In this document: in pieces, positions 24,485 to 37,154 of the stretch
Numbering within the stretch: position 1 is the first letter of the stretch
Layout of the letters: each line of letters starts with the position of its first letter
Assembly: GCF_006345805.1 (NCBI RefSeq)
Contig: NC_043006.1
Coordinates: forward strand, 1,550,001-1,614,000
Source of the DNA: Octopus sinensis
Lineage: Eukaryota
DNA: 64,000 nucleotides
Direction of reading: 5' to 3'
Translations under genes and position numbers: made by a program
Notes under the pieces: generated by a model
What the model saw: only the letters and a program-made list of their open reading frames with translations
The model's database searches: none
Told to the model about the DNA's origin: nothing

Positions 24485-25540
24485 TGTCAAAGCAAGGCAC
24501 AGGCATGGCTGTGTGGTGAGACTTTGCTTCCCAGCCACATGGTTTGGAGTTTGACTTCACAGGAAAAGCAAGTGTCTTCTGCTCTAGTCCTTGGCTGACC
24601 ACAACCTTGAGGATAGATTTGGTAGACAGAAACTGAAAGAAGCCCATCATATATATATATATAATGAAAACATTAAATCCTGGTCTTTTAGAAGATGGCT
24701 ATATTTGAGTTACAATGTTCTTACCTTAGGATCAGTAAGATTGAAAGTAAAGGGAACTAACTACAACTTGGTATCAAAGCCAGTTTGCTAACTTGGTATG
24801 CTGAGAGTCTATCTGCTGCTCCATAGTTTTCAACATAAAGTTTGAAATTTTTGTGGACAATTTAGTTATTTTTTTTCCTTTAAATTGAAAACCAACTGAA
24901 TTTTCACGTTTTTGCATTATTGTGCAAAATGTCAGTGAGGTAAGGTGCTGCAATGCTTATTGCTACAGACACACTACAATGACATCTAACTGAACTTGTT
25001 CCAGTCTGTTTTTGCTAACAAGCTTCATTCTCATTTGAAGGTTGAAGGTTTACAAAATAAGAAGTTGAACCAATTTGCTATTTTTATTAAGACAAGGTAG
25101 ATGAATATAAAATATATTAAATTTACTCAAACATTTGTCATTGGGAACAGAAAAAATAGATGTCAAACACCAAACAAAAACAAATTCTAAACCTAGCACT
25201 TTTGCTTGTACTTTTATTAAAATGTTTACTAAAGTGGCCAGCTGGCTGAATGGTTAGAGTGTTGGACAAAATGCTTTTCTATGTTCGTTCCTGCTCTTTA
25301 CAGTTTGAGTTCACATGTTGCTAGAGTCAACTTTGCCTTTCACCCTTTCATCATCAATAAGATTAAGTACCAAGCAAGTTCTAGGGGTTGGTGAAGTCGT
25401 CTGATCCCCTCCCATCAAAGTTGCTAGCCTTGTGAATAAATCAGAAACAAGTATTAAAATATTAATGTATGGCTGCTATCTCAGAATATATTGAAGTAAT
25501 TCTATCTCTAATCAAGAATTTTATTTCTCAATTATTTCAG

Positions 25541-25645
25541 TGCCCTTGGTGCTGCATCCCTTGGAAGGAAACTCTACATCTGTGGCGGCTATGATGGTGT
25601 GTCTTCTCTACGATCTGTAGAAGTCTATGATCCAAAGATCAATGT
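25541..25645 (+). CDS. KLHL18: Kelch-like 18, coding exon (Kelch)
   Basis: CAG/GTAGGT; ALGAASLGRKLYICGGYDGVSSLRSVEVYDPKIN. Confidence 0.94.
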
Positions 25646-25946
25646 GTAGGTATCTTCTATATTTTATTTTATTGTTCTTGTTTTTTGTTTTGGTGTTATT
25701 CAGTGGCACAATCACTCTACAAGCAATAAATGTGAATGGTTTAACATCTATGGTTAAATGTATTTTCTTATTCCTATCTTTTTACTCTGACAAAGGCCCT
25801 CCCCTCTCCATGACGCAAAGTGTCCGAAGAATATTTGAGAATTTACCCAATCTCATTATTACCTAACCTCTGCCATTCCTCCATGGTAGTATTTGAACTT
25901 ATTCCAGTGGATATTTCCAAACTGTTATTTGCTTATATTTTTTCAG

Positions 25947-26058
25947 GTGGACAATTATTTCCAATATGTTAAAACACCGCAGTGCAGCAGGAGTAGCCAT
26001 TTTAGACGAAGAGATATATGCTTGCGGAGGACATGATGGTCTTTCGATATTTGACTCT
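25947..26058 (+). CDS. KLHL18: Kelch-like 18, coding exon (Kelch)
   Basis: CAG/GTAAGA; WTIISNMLKHRSAAGVAILDEEIYACGGHDGLSIFDS. Confidence 0.95.
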
Positions 26059-27168
26059 GTAAGAGAATATTTCAAATACTTTTTTTTTAATCAGATATCC
26101 CTAACAGTCAGCATGTTAAATTGGTTGAGTCGTAGGGGTTTTTAAAGTAAACTCTTCAAAAAAAACCCTATCAGATTGTAGAGACCCTTTCACAAAACTG
26201 TAATGGTTCCTGTCAAAATATCAGAGACCTCCTGTGAATTATTGCCACAGAGGATGCTTCTGTGTTATTGCTATGGTTTACTTCATACAATAAACACCCT
26301 GCAATCTCAAAAACGTTGTAAATTTGAAATAGATCATGCTTCATATGAAATTTGGGGAAGTCACAGCTGGATTGTTGATCAAGTGCTGCATTAACGTTGT
26401 TGTAAATTAAGCTTTCCTAATATTCATCATCATCATCATCATATAATGTCCACTTTTCCATGCTTGCACGAGTCAGGCAGAATTTGTTGTGGCAGATTTT
26501 CTAAGGCTGGACGCCTTTCTTGTTGCCAACCTTCACCTATTTCCAAGCAAGGTGATATTTTCGCTTGGCCATGCATGTTTTTTATGGAAGATCAGAAATC
26601 AACAACACTGCTTATATGACAGTGACACTTGTTTACAAGTGTCACATGATGTCAACATAAGGGTTCACACACATGCACATTCTCGTGATTGGCTTCTTTT
26701 AGTTTCTGTCTACCAAATCCATTCACAGGGCTTTGGCTGACCTAGAACTATAGTAGAAGTTACTTGCCTAAAGTACCATACACAGGGACTGAACCTAAGA
26801 CCATTTGATTGGGAAGCAATCTTCTAAAGCATGCTATTTCACATTATTAATATTTGTAAGAAAAAGAAAACCTTAGATTTTATGGGAAATTTTTCTTTTC
26901 CATTCAAAGTTCCAAACTTGTTGATCTTCCTTCATGATTAAACTAGGTTCTTTTATTTTTATCTTTCCATTGCAGCATTTTAAGAGCTTTGAGCCATTAT
27001 AGCTGACTTAGCAGTTAACCTTACCCAATAAGACAAACCTGTTGCTAGTTAAGTATGTAATATTTGTCACAACAAGGGCAGTTGCTCCATTGCTTAGGAA
27101 ATATTTGTAGAATGCCTATAAAATTAAGAGTTTTGTTTTCTGGAACTGGATATTTTCTTTTATTACAG

Positions 27169-27558
27169 GTTGAGTGCTACAACCCAGCGACAAACACCTG
27201 GTGGATGGTTCAACCCATGCAGTCCAAGCGATGCCGTCTGGGAGTGGCTACCCTCAATGGCAAGCTCTATGCTGCCGGTGGTTACGATGGATCTGTATTT
27301 CTGCGAACGGTAGAGCGTTACGATCCTTGCACACAAACATGGACGTATGTAAAGCATATGAACTTGAAACGTAGCAGAGTGGCACTGGTTGCAACATGTG
27401 GCAAGCTCTATGCTATTGGTGGCTATGATGGTGTGGCTAACCTGAACTCAGTTGAGATGTATGACCCTGAAATGGACACATGGACTTTTGCTGCTTCAAT
27501 GTGTGCTCATGAAGGTGGAGTTGGTGTCGGTGTCATGCCAACTGAACCAGAGCTCTGA
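27169..27558 (+). CDS. KLHL18: Kelch-like 18, last coding exon
   Basis: CAG acceptor; [62 protein letters not shown]. The ten exons total 1599 nt in one frame (532 aa + stop). Confidence 0.97.
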   Translation, partial: VECYNPATNTWWMVQPMQSKRCRLGVATLNGKLYAAGGYDGSVFLRTVERYDPCTQTWTYVKHMNLKRSRVALVATCGKLYAIGGYDGVANLNSVEMYDPEMDTWTFAASMCAHEGGVGVGVMPTEPEL

Positions 27559-27590
27559 GATTAGTCTTTAAAATCCTATCTTCAACCCTT

Positions 27591-28323
27591 TACCATATTT
27601 GCCAGCGTATAAACACACCCTTGCATAAAACATACCCCTGTTTTGTTGGGGAAAATGTGATTCTTTGAAAGTAAAAAAACGATATTGATAGCATACAGGA
27701 ATAAAATTTGAAGCCCTAAGTGTGTCATAGATAAACTATGTTATGGGAGTATCATATCTTAATTTTATCTTCTCTTAGTTCGATTTTATAGTTATTTATA
27801 TTTTGGCTGTGATGTTTTATGTAACCACAATCAGCCACTATGGTGGCGCACCATCTCTGGTTTTGTCATCATCCACGCATTGCCAGCAGCTGAGAGTGGG
27901 TGAAAGTTTGCAAAGTTTTAACATTCCTTTCGTCTTTCTGGGAAATTTTATTTAGATTATTAAAAACTGTTTTTTAAAAGTAAGATTTCATTAAATAAAG
28001 TAAGATGCGTATCAGGTCTGGGTTATGTATGCAGAGGAAGCGGGTATAATGGGATGATGTGACCTCTCCGTGTAACTGCCAGCCTTTTATAAGCAAGTTT
28101 TCCTCTAAGTTTGTGCTAACAGTCTGTGATATTTTGGCTTGTTTTTGATATTTCATTATTAGTAACAATTATTTTACTAAGCAGATTTATGTTTATCTGG
28201 ATCACTAGCCTACAACATGCAGTCTCCCCTCCGTAATATGAGCACATTAGATACAGGACAGTTTTTTTTGATACATTTAAAAATAAAAAAAAAACTGCAT
28301 CTTATACGCTGGCAAATATGGTA
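27591..28323. mobile_element. pogo/Tigger-type non-autonomous DNA transposon
   Basis: Perfect 22-bp inverted termini TACCATATTTGCCAGCGTATAA / TTATACGCTGGCAAATATGGTA, including TA. Confidence 0.8.
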
Positions 28324-28461
28324 AGTCAAGTGTTTACATTTTAGTTTTTGTGTTTTAATTGTTACGTTCATCCTGATATAGAAATTATTGTTTCATTCCT
28401 ATTTTATATCTAAGTACCCTCACTAATATGAGTTCGTGTCTCTTGGATCTAAACACATAAC

Positions 28462-28465
<4 letters not shown>

Positions 28466-28492
<27 letters not shown>

Positions 28493-28664
28493 ATATGAAT
28501 CTCTTTCACAGACACCCATGCAAAAATATGCCTATTATCAGTTGAAGTAGGTTTCTAAGTGTTTGATATCTAAGAAAGTCAAATGTTTCAAAAGTAGTTT
28601 TCACCCCCACCTATATCATCATCATCATCATTTAACGTCCGCTTTCCATGCTAGCATGGGTTGG

Positions 28665-28711
<47 letters not shown>

Positions 28712-28934
28712 ACTAAGTGTACGTATGCCGCTATATATATATATATATTAAAAAATACAAATTGGGACAAGAACGCAAAACATCCAGATAGACGATACAA
28801 AAAACACGGACGGGTCATTCGAAGCCTTTAATCTAGGATGATCCGTTTCTTGACTAAGGATTAAAGGCTTCAAATAACCCATCTGTGTTTTTTGTATCGT
28901 CTATCTGGATGTTTTGCGTTCTTGTCCCAATTTG

Positions 28935-28970
<36 letters not shown>

Positions 28971-29142
28971 ATATGAATCTCTTTCACAGACACCCATGCA
29001 AAAATATGCCTATTATCAGTTGAAGTAGGTTTCTAAGTGTTTGATATCTAAGAAAGTCAAATGTTTCAAAAGTAGTTTTCACCCCCACCTATATCATCAT
29101 CATCATCATTTAACGTCCGCTTTCCATGCTAGCATGGGTTGG

Positions 29143-29190
<48 letters not shown>

Positions 29191-29450
29191 ATATGAGAGA
29201 ACTAAGTGTACGTATGCCGCTATATATATATATATATATTAAAAAATACAAATTGGGACAAGAACGCAAAACATCCAGATAGACGATACAAAAAACACGG
29301 ACGGGTCATTCGAAGCTTTAATCTAGGATGATCCGTTTCTTGACTAAGGATTAAAGGCTTCAAATAACCCATCTGTGTTTTTTGTATCGTCTATCTGGAT
29401 GTTTTGCGTTCTTGTCCCAATTTGTAATTTTTTACACACACACACACACA
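28466..29450. repeat. Tandem duplication of a ~480-490 bp unit, each copy holding an ~85-bp-arm hairpin
   Basis: CAATATGAATCTC at 28491 and 28969; units bounded by (CA)n; hairpins at about 28750-28943 and 29241-29433. Confidence 0.85.
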
Positions 29451-31470
29451 CGTACGTACATACATATACATGCATGATGGTTGCAACTCAATTTCAAGCA
29501 GTCCCTTTGCTTGATTGTTCTCTTAAACATGAGTGCAACAGATGGGGTTTTTCAGTCTTGCTAGCAACCTACACATTTCTTGCACAGACTTGGCAGTGAT
29601 GGTTGCCTCTTGCAGCCAGTGTTTAGAGAGTTACCACCCATTTTTAACCACATGTCTTTATTCCATGAAATTTTTCATTGAGCATTTTGTTGCCTTTCTT
29701 GTCTGTGACCAAGCATAGTATACAACACATAATAGAGATGTTAAAAATCAAGCAATGTCTAAACTCAAAGCTTTTTAAAGTGAAGAAAAGCTGAATCCAC
29801 TCTCTGAGCAATATATATGCATTTGCCCCAAAAGAGAAACCATACATACATACATAGTGGCTGCTTTCTCATATACAAGCAAAGCCATTGCTAGAAAGAC
29901 TCATTGAAATTAGTCATTGATAATGCAATGTGGGGCCCTAATATACGTATATACATGCATACATAAAAACATACATACATATATATATATAGACATGCAT
30001 GCACACTTCTACAAACTTGTACAACAAATATAATCTCCCTCCATAAACACATAAACTTAAATCTGAAATCATCACCACACTAATGCAACAGACATTAACA
30101 TGTAGGTGCTAACATGCATTAACTTCACATATTTAGCTTCAGATATGGATATTTGGACTGGAACATATACACACACATGTATACACCCACTTCCTTTCTC
30201 TATTTCCTCAATTATATTCTTTTTCCCATAATTTTTCATTATAAATTTTATGTATAATTTTCTTTTTCATAACAACTAAGCAACCACGAGTATTTCATGT
30301 GTAAAAAGGTGACAACCTGGCAGAATTGTTTGCAGCACTTTTCATCTGTCTTTAAGTTCTGAGATCAAATTCCACAGTGGTCAACCCTTTCGCCCTTTTT
30401 GAGTCTGTAAAATAAGTACCTGTTGGGGGTCAATGTAATCAACTTATTCCCTCCCTCAAATTGCTGGCCTTGTGCCTAAAACGATTTTAAACAAACGAAC
30501 ACTTTCAGGTGTATTTTAAAAGATATTAGAAATGCCAACTAAAATTTTAAATGTGAAGTCGTCGTATCAATGTTTTATTGAATAAAGGACACGGTGGTTC
30601 ATAATTATCCATTATTTATAGGCTAAAACAAATAAATGTCTTTTATCTCTTACTGGTCTCGGTCATTAGACTCTGGCCATACTGGGGCACCATCTTGAAG
30701 AATTTCAGTCAAACAAGTCGACCCTTGGACTTGTGTATCAGTATTCTCAGCTTGTCTGTTGTAAAGCATGAGCAATGCTTAACACAAAAGTCCGATAAGT
30801 AAAAGAAATTCTTCGCAGCTCAGAATATCATCATCATTATTTCCATTGTTTCTCTCTCTTCTATTTACCTCCTTGCACTTTGAGGGTACGCTCTGACACC
30901 TCATCACTTATTTTGATATATAACTGCTTAGGGATTTGATCTTTAAACGTAAGGAGTCAGAAGATTGGCGCTAAACCTTTTGTAAGATTTTGCCTGCTTG
31001 CCACCTAATGTCTTATTTATTTCAAAATTCTTGCCTCTCATAATACAGAACCATTTCTCATGGCTCCTCTCAGCAGCTTCCTCCCATTTATTCCTACTGA
31101 CTTTTATTATTTATTGTGGGGCTTCCCTGTATCTCCAAAGAACTTGTTGCTGACTCTTCTTTCATATTTCAACCTCTTGATATGCAGCACGAAGCTGCAT
31201 CTCTCTCTCTCTCTCTCTCTCTTATGCTTTCACTCAGATGATGGAGATCTTTAGTCTTCTTGTGACTTGCATGGCAACCTCACTGGCGCTGTTTCGGTAT
31301 AAAAACCACCCGAGACATTCTAAAGTGTCTGGCATTAGGAAATGTATCCAGCCATAGAAGCCATGCCAAGGTAGATATTGGCACATGAAGGATGGATGTT
31401 AAATGATGATGTGTGTATATCTGCATATGTGTATGTTTATATGCATGTATATATTTATTAAATTTTATTT

Positions 31471-31762
31471 GTTAGGGAATAAAAATTCCGGCATAACAAG
31501 GGTTCAGATTATTCTCAATGAGGAAATGTATATTTTCATTTAGAGATAGTAGTCCCCTCCATCCCACCATATAAAAAAATTTTAATTTAAATACTTACTC
31601 CTTATGTCTTGGCTACACGTCTTTCTTGAGGTTCATTTTCCGGTTCCTTAACCACGCCGTGTTTTGCTGGAACGTGTAGCCGAGATAAGTAGTAAGTATT
31701 TAAATTTAAATTCTTTTATATGGTCGGATGAAGGGGCCTACAATCTCTAAATGAAAATATAT
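31471..31762. mobile_element. Fold-back insertion (Penelope-like) next to a microsatellite
   Basis: Imperfect ~90-bp inverted arms at about 31530-31620 and 31672-31762. Confidence 0.55.
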
Positions 31763-31987
31763 ATGTATATGTGTGTGTATGTATACATATGTGTGTGTGT
31801 GTGTGTATATGTATGTATACATATGTGTGTGTGTGTGTGTATATGTATGTATACATATGTGTGTGTGTGTGTATATGTATGTATGTATACATATGTGTGT
31901 GTATGTATGTATACATATGTGTGTGTATGTATGTATACATGTGTGTGTATGTATGTATGTATACATATGTGTGTATGTATGTATACA

Positions 31988-32051
<64 letters not shown>

Positions 32052-32060
32052 CATATATAT
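31760..32060. repeat. Compound (TATG)n/(TG)n/(TA)n microsatellite
   Basis: Direct inspection. Confidence 0.95.
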
Positions 32061-32279
32061 GAGGGGGTACTGAAAAGTTCCTGGTTTTGGCTAAAAGAAA
32101 ATACGGGAGGATCAGTTAATTATGATTTTATCCAACATATTCCCCTCTCACATTCACATACTTATTGCTGTGGTCCTTCAGTTTTTCTTAAGCCCTCTAA
32201 AAGAACTCAGAAGGTTGGGCCTCCAACCTGGCCTTTCACGAGACCCTTAAAACCAGGAACTTTTCGGCATCCCCTTGTA
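32058..32279. mobile_element. Mariner-type MITE
   Basis: Imperfect TIRs TATGAGGGGGTACTGAAAAGTTCCTGGTTTT / AAAACCAGGAACTTTTCGGCATCCCCTTGTA. Confidence 0.75.
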
Positions 32280-32894
32280 TACATACATACATGCTTATAC
32301 ATTATATACATACGTGTATGTGTGTGTGTGTATATATATAAGGAAATATATGTAGGTATGTATCTGTATAGTGCTGAGATACTCTCTGTTGCTACTCTGA
32401 GTTTCCCATGTCCCTTACTGAATCTTGCCTGGTTGTCTTTTCGATCATTTGTAGTTAGTGTGTGTATGTGGGGGGGGGGGAGACTTGAGGAGAGAGGAGA
32501 ATCTAGGTGAGTGGGGGAGGGGATTTACACTGATAAAGAAGAATTGAGTACAGAAATGTGTGCAAGGCCTGGTGGAGTGGATATGAGAGGAAGAGTCAAG
32601 TGGGTCGGGAATTCTGGAGTGGAGGTAATTTGACCTTAAATGGATTTGAATTCTGAGTTCTGAGCATCAGAATAAACACCACAGAGTATTCTGTCTGATG
32701 CTCCACTGACTTTGCCAATTTGCTGGTCTTAGGTAACAAATTATAAAGATTTTAAAAAGATGAACGCTTTCAGGTCTGTTTACAATATATGAGAAATGCT
32801 GCCTGAAATTCCAAAAATGAAATTGTGATATCGAAGCTGGATTGAATAGTTGCTCATTATTATCCATTATGTATAGGTTAAAACAAAGAAATGT

Positions 32895-33765
32895 CTTTTA
32901 TCTCTTACTGGTTTCAGTCATTACACTCTGACCATACTGGGGCACTGCCATGAAGTAGTTTAGTTAAACAAATCAACTCCTGTACTTATTCTATCAGCCT
33001 CCTTTGCAGAACTGCCAAGTTACAGGGATGTCAACACACCAACATAGGTTGTCAGGTGGTGATGGGAAACAAGCACAGAAACACAGACAGATGCACACTC
33101 ACACACACATACGGTGGTCTTCTTTTCAGTTTCTGTCCACCAAATCTCTCAAGGCTTTGGACAGCCCAAGGTTATAGTGGAAGGCACTTACCCAAGATGC
33201 TACACAGTGGGACTGAACCCAGAACCATGTGGTTGGGAAGCAACCATGCCTGCACCTAAATATATAATTTTCTAAATGCCTTTATTATTAAGTTAATGTG
33301 CAAAGTGCACCAAATGTGAGTGAAAAACATGTTTGAAAAGTACCAATTGTATAGGATAACCCATTAATATACTGTGTTTCTGCTTCTACCTGTTTAGGTA
33401 TGATTGGTTACCTTAGGGCAGCATTGACCTTAATAATTCCTTCTTTACTACAAAAATTGTGTCTGTTGTATTTGGGGTATTTGTCATTGTGTGAGTGTTG
33501 CTGTGTTTGGTCAGGAATCATTATTTATCTGAAATAAAGATGGTGAGTTGGCAGAGTCATTCACTTGTTGAAACAAGATACTTTACGGTATTTAAACTGG
33601 TTCTTCACATTCAGAGTTCAAATCCTGCTGAAGTCAACTTTGCTTTTCATTCTTTCAGGGGTCGATAAAATAAAATACTAGTCATGTACTAGGGTTGATG
33701 ATATTGATTAACCATTCCCTCCCCCATTCCATAAACTGCTGGCCTTGTACCTAAATTAGAAGCAA
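32895..33765. mobile_element. SINE A (-, 32895-33257) and SINE B (+, 33539-33765)
   Basis: Similarity to other copies. Confidence 0.7.
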
Positions 33766-35223
33766 TTGTTTTTCTGAAATGTTCAGTGCTACTTCTTGTT
33801 CAACATTCCTTTCTAGTTTCAGAATTTTGGTCCAATTTCCTAACATCTTCACACTTTATTCCAACTAAACTTACAACTCACAATTATTACGTCTTATCCT
33901 CTCTCCCTCCTCTCTCTCCTCCTTCTCACTTTTCATTTTAAGTTTTATCAGTTTACTCTTGACTTATGAGGTGTTGACAAAATAATATTTTTAAAAGTAA
34001 AACAATTACAATTCCTTGTCATGTATTTAATAAACCCTACCTGATTAACGATGTTTTGCGTAGCCTGGCCAGGACCTGGCTCATAATGTCTGAAATGTAA
34101 TCTTATTCCACCTGAATGCAACTGGCTGCATTGTTTGTTGTATTATGTTTTATTTAAAAACCTTATTACCCCCCTCCCCCATCCTCTAGTGTCTCTAGTC
34201 TTAATCTCTGATGTGTATATCATAAAATACCCCTGTATTACATGGTATAGCTTAGCATTGGTGTTATTGACCTGTACAGCTGGTTCCAGTGGAGCAGCTT
34301 TTTCGGTATGGAGCCATATACTGAACAGAATGCAGACCATTCTACCAAACATGTTTGCGGCACAGTCTTCATGTTCAAGTTCTTCTCAGAAGTTTCAAAT
34401 CTTTTGTCAATTTGAGTTGAAGCCATTCTGTGAATTCAACTTAATTTGTAGCATTGAATCTCCATAACAACAACAAAAGCATTTGCACAGATAATCAGAG
34501 GTAACAGATGGGCGTTATTCTACCAGCTGAATGGATTTCTGATTTAAATCCCGTCAATAATAGCTTTCTGCGGTATCCATGGTCGTCATATCTTACTCTC
34601 ATTGCACTTGCCAGCCCAGCTGTAATTAAATAGGAGTATTTAATTACTGTAAGCAGAAGCACAACATAATGAACAAACATTCTCCACTTATTGATGGCAG
34701 AATATAATAAGGAACCTGAGCCAAAACCTTGTAAATATGTTGTTTTACACAAATAACTAGAAATTGTCTATAAATCAATATGATTGTTCAATCACTGCAG
34801 TTGAATACACATACTTATGTATATATATACGCAATTATGTGCAGTATGTTGTACAGATGAGATAATGTACTGCACATCAAATAAGTGGACTCCCCCCCCA
34901 CATATATATATATAAACAGTACCTTTAATACATTGTTTTCTGGGGGGGGGGGGTTTCCAAATATTTCATGCATTTAAATAAAATTCCACTTTGCTACTCT
35001 ATTACTTGGGAATAATTCAAAGATTTTTGTAAAATGTAATATTGTTTAAAATATGATTTTCTTTTTTCTTGTAAATTTGTTTCATCACATTTTCTCTGGT
35101 GTGACTGAATATCAAAGAAATATGGAACTAAAATATACCATTATTTGTAAACAATACATATATACATATGCACGTATATGTATATTTGGTTATGTGTGTG
35201 TGTGTATGTATATATATATATGA

Positions 35224-35270
<47 letters not shown>

Positions 35271-36131
35271 CATGTATGCTGGGATGCATAGGTATGAATG
35301 CTTACACATGTACATTTACACATACACGTGTATATATGTAGGTATACATATACATGAAGATAGGTATGTATACACACACACACACGCACATTCATTTTAT
35401 TCTTTCACTTGTTTCAGGCTACCACCACGGTGGGGCTTCGCATTGAAGGGTTTAGTCAATCAATTTGACCCCACTTATTCTGTTTAAGTTTGGCACTTAT
35501 TTTATTAGTTCCTTTTGCTGAACCCTAGGTGACAGGGACAGAAACAAACCAACACCAATTATCAAGATGAACACACACACACACAGTAGGCTGGCACACA
35601 GTTTCCATCTATCATATTCTCTTGTAGGGTATTAATTGGTCTGGCAATTGTAAAAGACACTTGCTCAAGGTGCTATTAGTGGTACTCAACCAAAAAGTCA
35701 TATAATCAATAGAACTTCTTAACCATGCAGCTAAGTACATAAGCACATATTAACAGACCCCCCCCCCACACACACATATATATATATATATACACACATA
35801 TATATATATGCTCATACACAAATTCATACATAGACATCACTTCATTGCCCAAGCTATTGATAATACCAGCCTTGGGAAGAATTGCCTTTGGTATTCATGC
35901 AGAGGGAGACTCTAGAACCAGAATATAGCTACACCTCTAAAAATAAAAATCAATTGCAAACATAATAGATACATCATTCTTCTAGGGGTCAGGAGAAAAA
36001 AATGTCATGCACTTTTGAAGGGGTCAGCTGTCCAGTGGGGATGAATGTCTTGTCTAAAGGTTGGGAGGGGGGGAATACATTTGTGACTAACTTGACAAAA
36101 CTTACAGCTTTTGTTGCATCCTGCCTATATA

Positions 36132-36342
36132 CTCTTTTACTTGTTTCAGTCATTTGACTGCGGCCATGCTGGAGCACTGCCTTTAATCGAGCAACTCGAC
36201 CCCGGGACTTATTCTTTTGTAAGCCCAGTACCTATTCTATCGGTCTCTTTTGCCGAACTGCTAAGTAACAGGGACATAAACACACCAGCATCGGTTGTCA
36301 AGCAATGCTAGGGGGACAAACACAGACACACAAACGCACACA

Positions 36343-36397
<55 letters not shown>

Positions 36398-36561
36398 CGA
36401 CGGGCTTCTTTCAGTTTCCGTCTACCAAATCCACTCACAAAGTTTCGGTCGGCCCGAGGCTATAGTAGAAGACACTTACCCAAGGTGCTACGCAGTGGGA
36501 CTGAACCCGGAACCATGTGGTTGGTAGACAAGCTACTTACCACACAGCCACTCCTGCGCCT
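36132..36561 (-). mobile_element. SINE family A, full length
   Basis: High similarity to 3493-3894 and 41505-41923. Confidence 0.85.
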
Positions 36562-36592
36562 GTTCACTTGAATATGTTTGCATTTGTACCTA

Positions 36593-37050
36593 AAGTGGTG
36601 AGCTGGCAGAAGTGTTTTAGCATGCTAGACGAAATGCTCAGTGGTTTTTCATTTGTCTTTACTCCATTCTGAGCTCAAATTCTGCCAAGGTTGACTTTGC
36701 CTTTCATCCTTTCAGATTTGATAAAATAAGTACCAGTTGGACAAAGGGATCAATGTAATCAACTGGCCCCTTCTCCCAAAATTTCAGGTTTTGTGCCTAT
36801 AGTAGAACAGATCATTATTATTATTGTTATTATTATTATTAAGGCAGTGAGCTGGCTGAATCATTAGCATGCCAGGCAAAATGCTTAGTGACATTTTAGC
36901 TGTCTTTACGTTCTGAGTTCAAATTCTGCCGAGGTCAACTTTGCCTTTCAGGATCTATAAATTAAGCACCAGTGAAACACTTGGATCAATGTAATCGGCT
37001 AGTCCCCCTCCACTCAAATTTCAGGCCTTGTGCCTATAGTAGAAAGGATT
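36593..37050 (+). mobile_element. Two tandem SINE B copies separated by (TTA)n
   Basis: Heads AAAGTGGTGAGCTGGCAGAA and AAGGCAGTGAGCTGGCTGAA, each with the shared core. Confidence 0.8.
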
Positions 37051-37154
37051 ATTATTATTGATGCACTGGGCTATGATGCAATCAGATTTCTTTTAAAAGA
37101 GAAAGACAAACAGACCTGATTTGCATTCTCTAAATTCTATCAATTTGCTGTTAT

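Noticed and set aside
27064-27168. N-terminal extension of the 164-aa Kelch ORF
   Set aside because: Intronic; the pyrimidine tract and CAG acceptor end at 27168.
28840-28890. Hammerhead in the 28.8-kb hairpin
   Set aside because: Neither arm shows both an intact CUGANGA and GAAA; stems could not be assigned.
31706-32510. Overlapping 100-245 aa ORFs rich in Y/I/H/T/C/V
   Set aside because: Translations of dinucleotide and tetranucleotide microsatellites.
36305-36571. Recurrent ORFs with RRHLPKVPRSGTEPGTMWL (also at 2900, 10627, 19877, 41678)
   Set aside because: Antisense translations of SINE family A, not a gene family.
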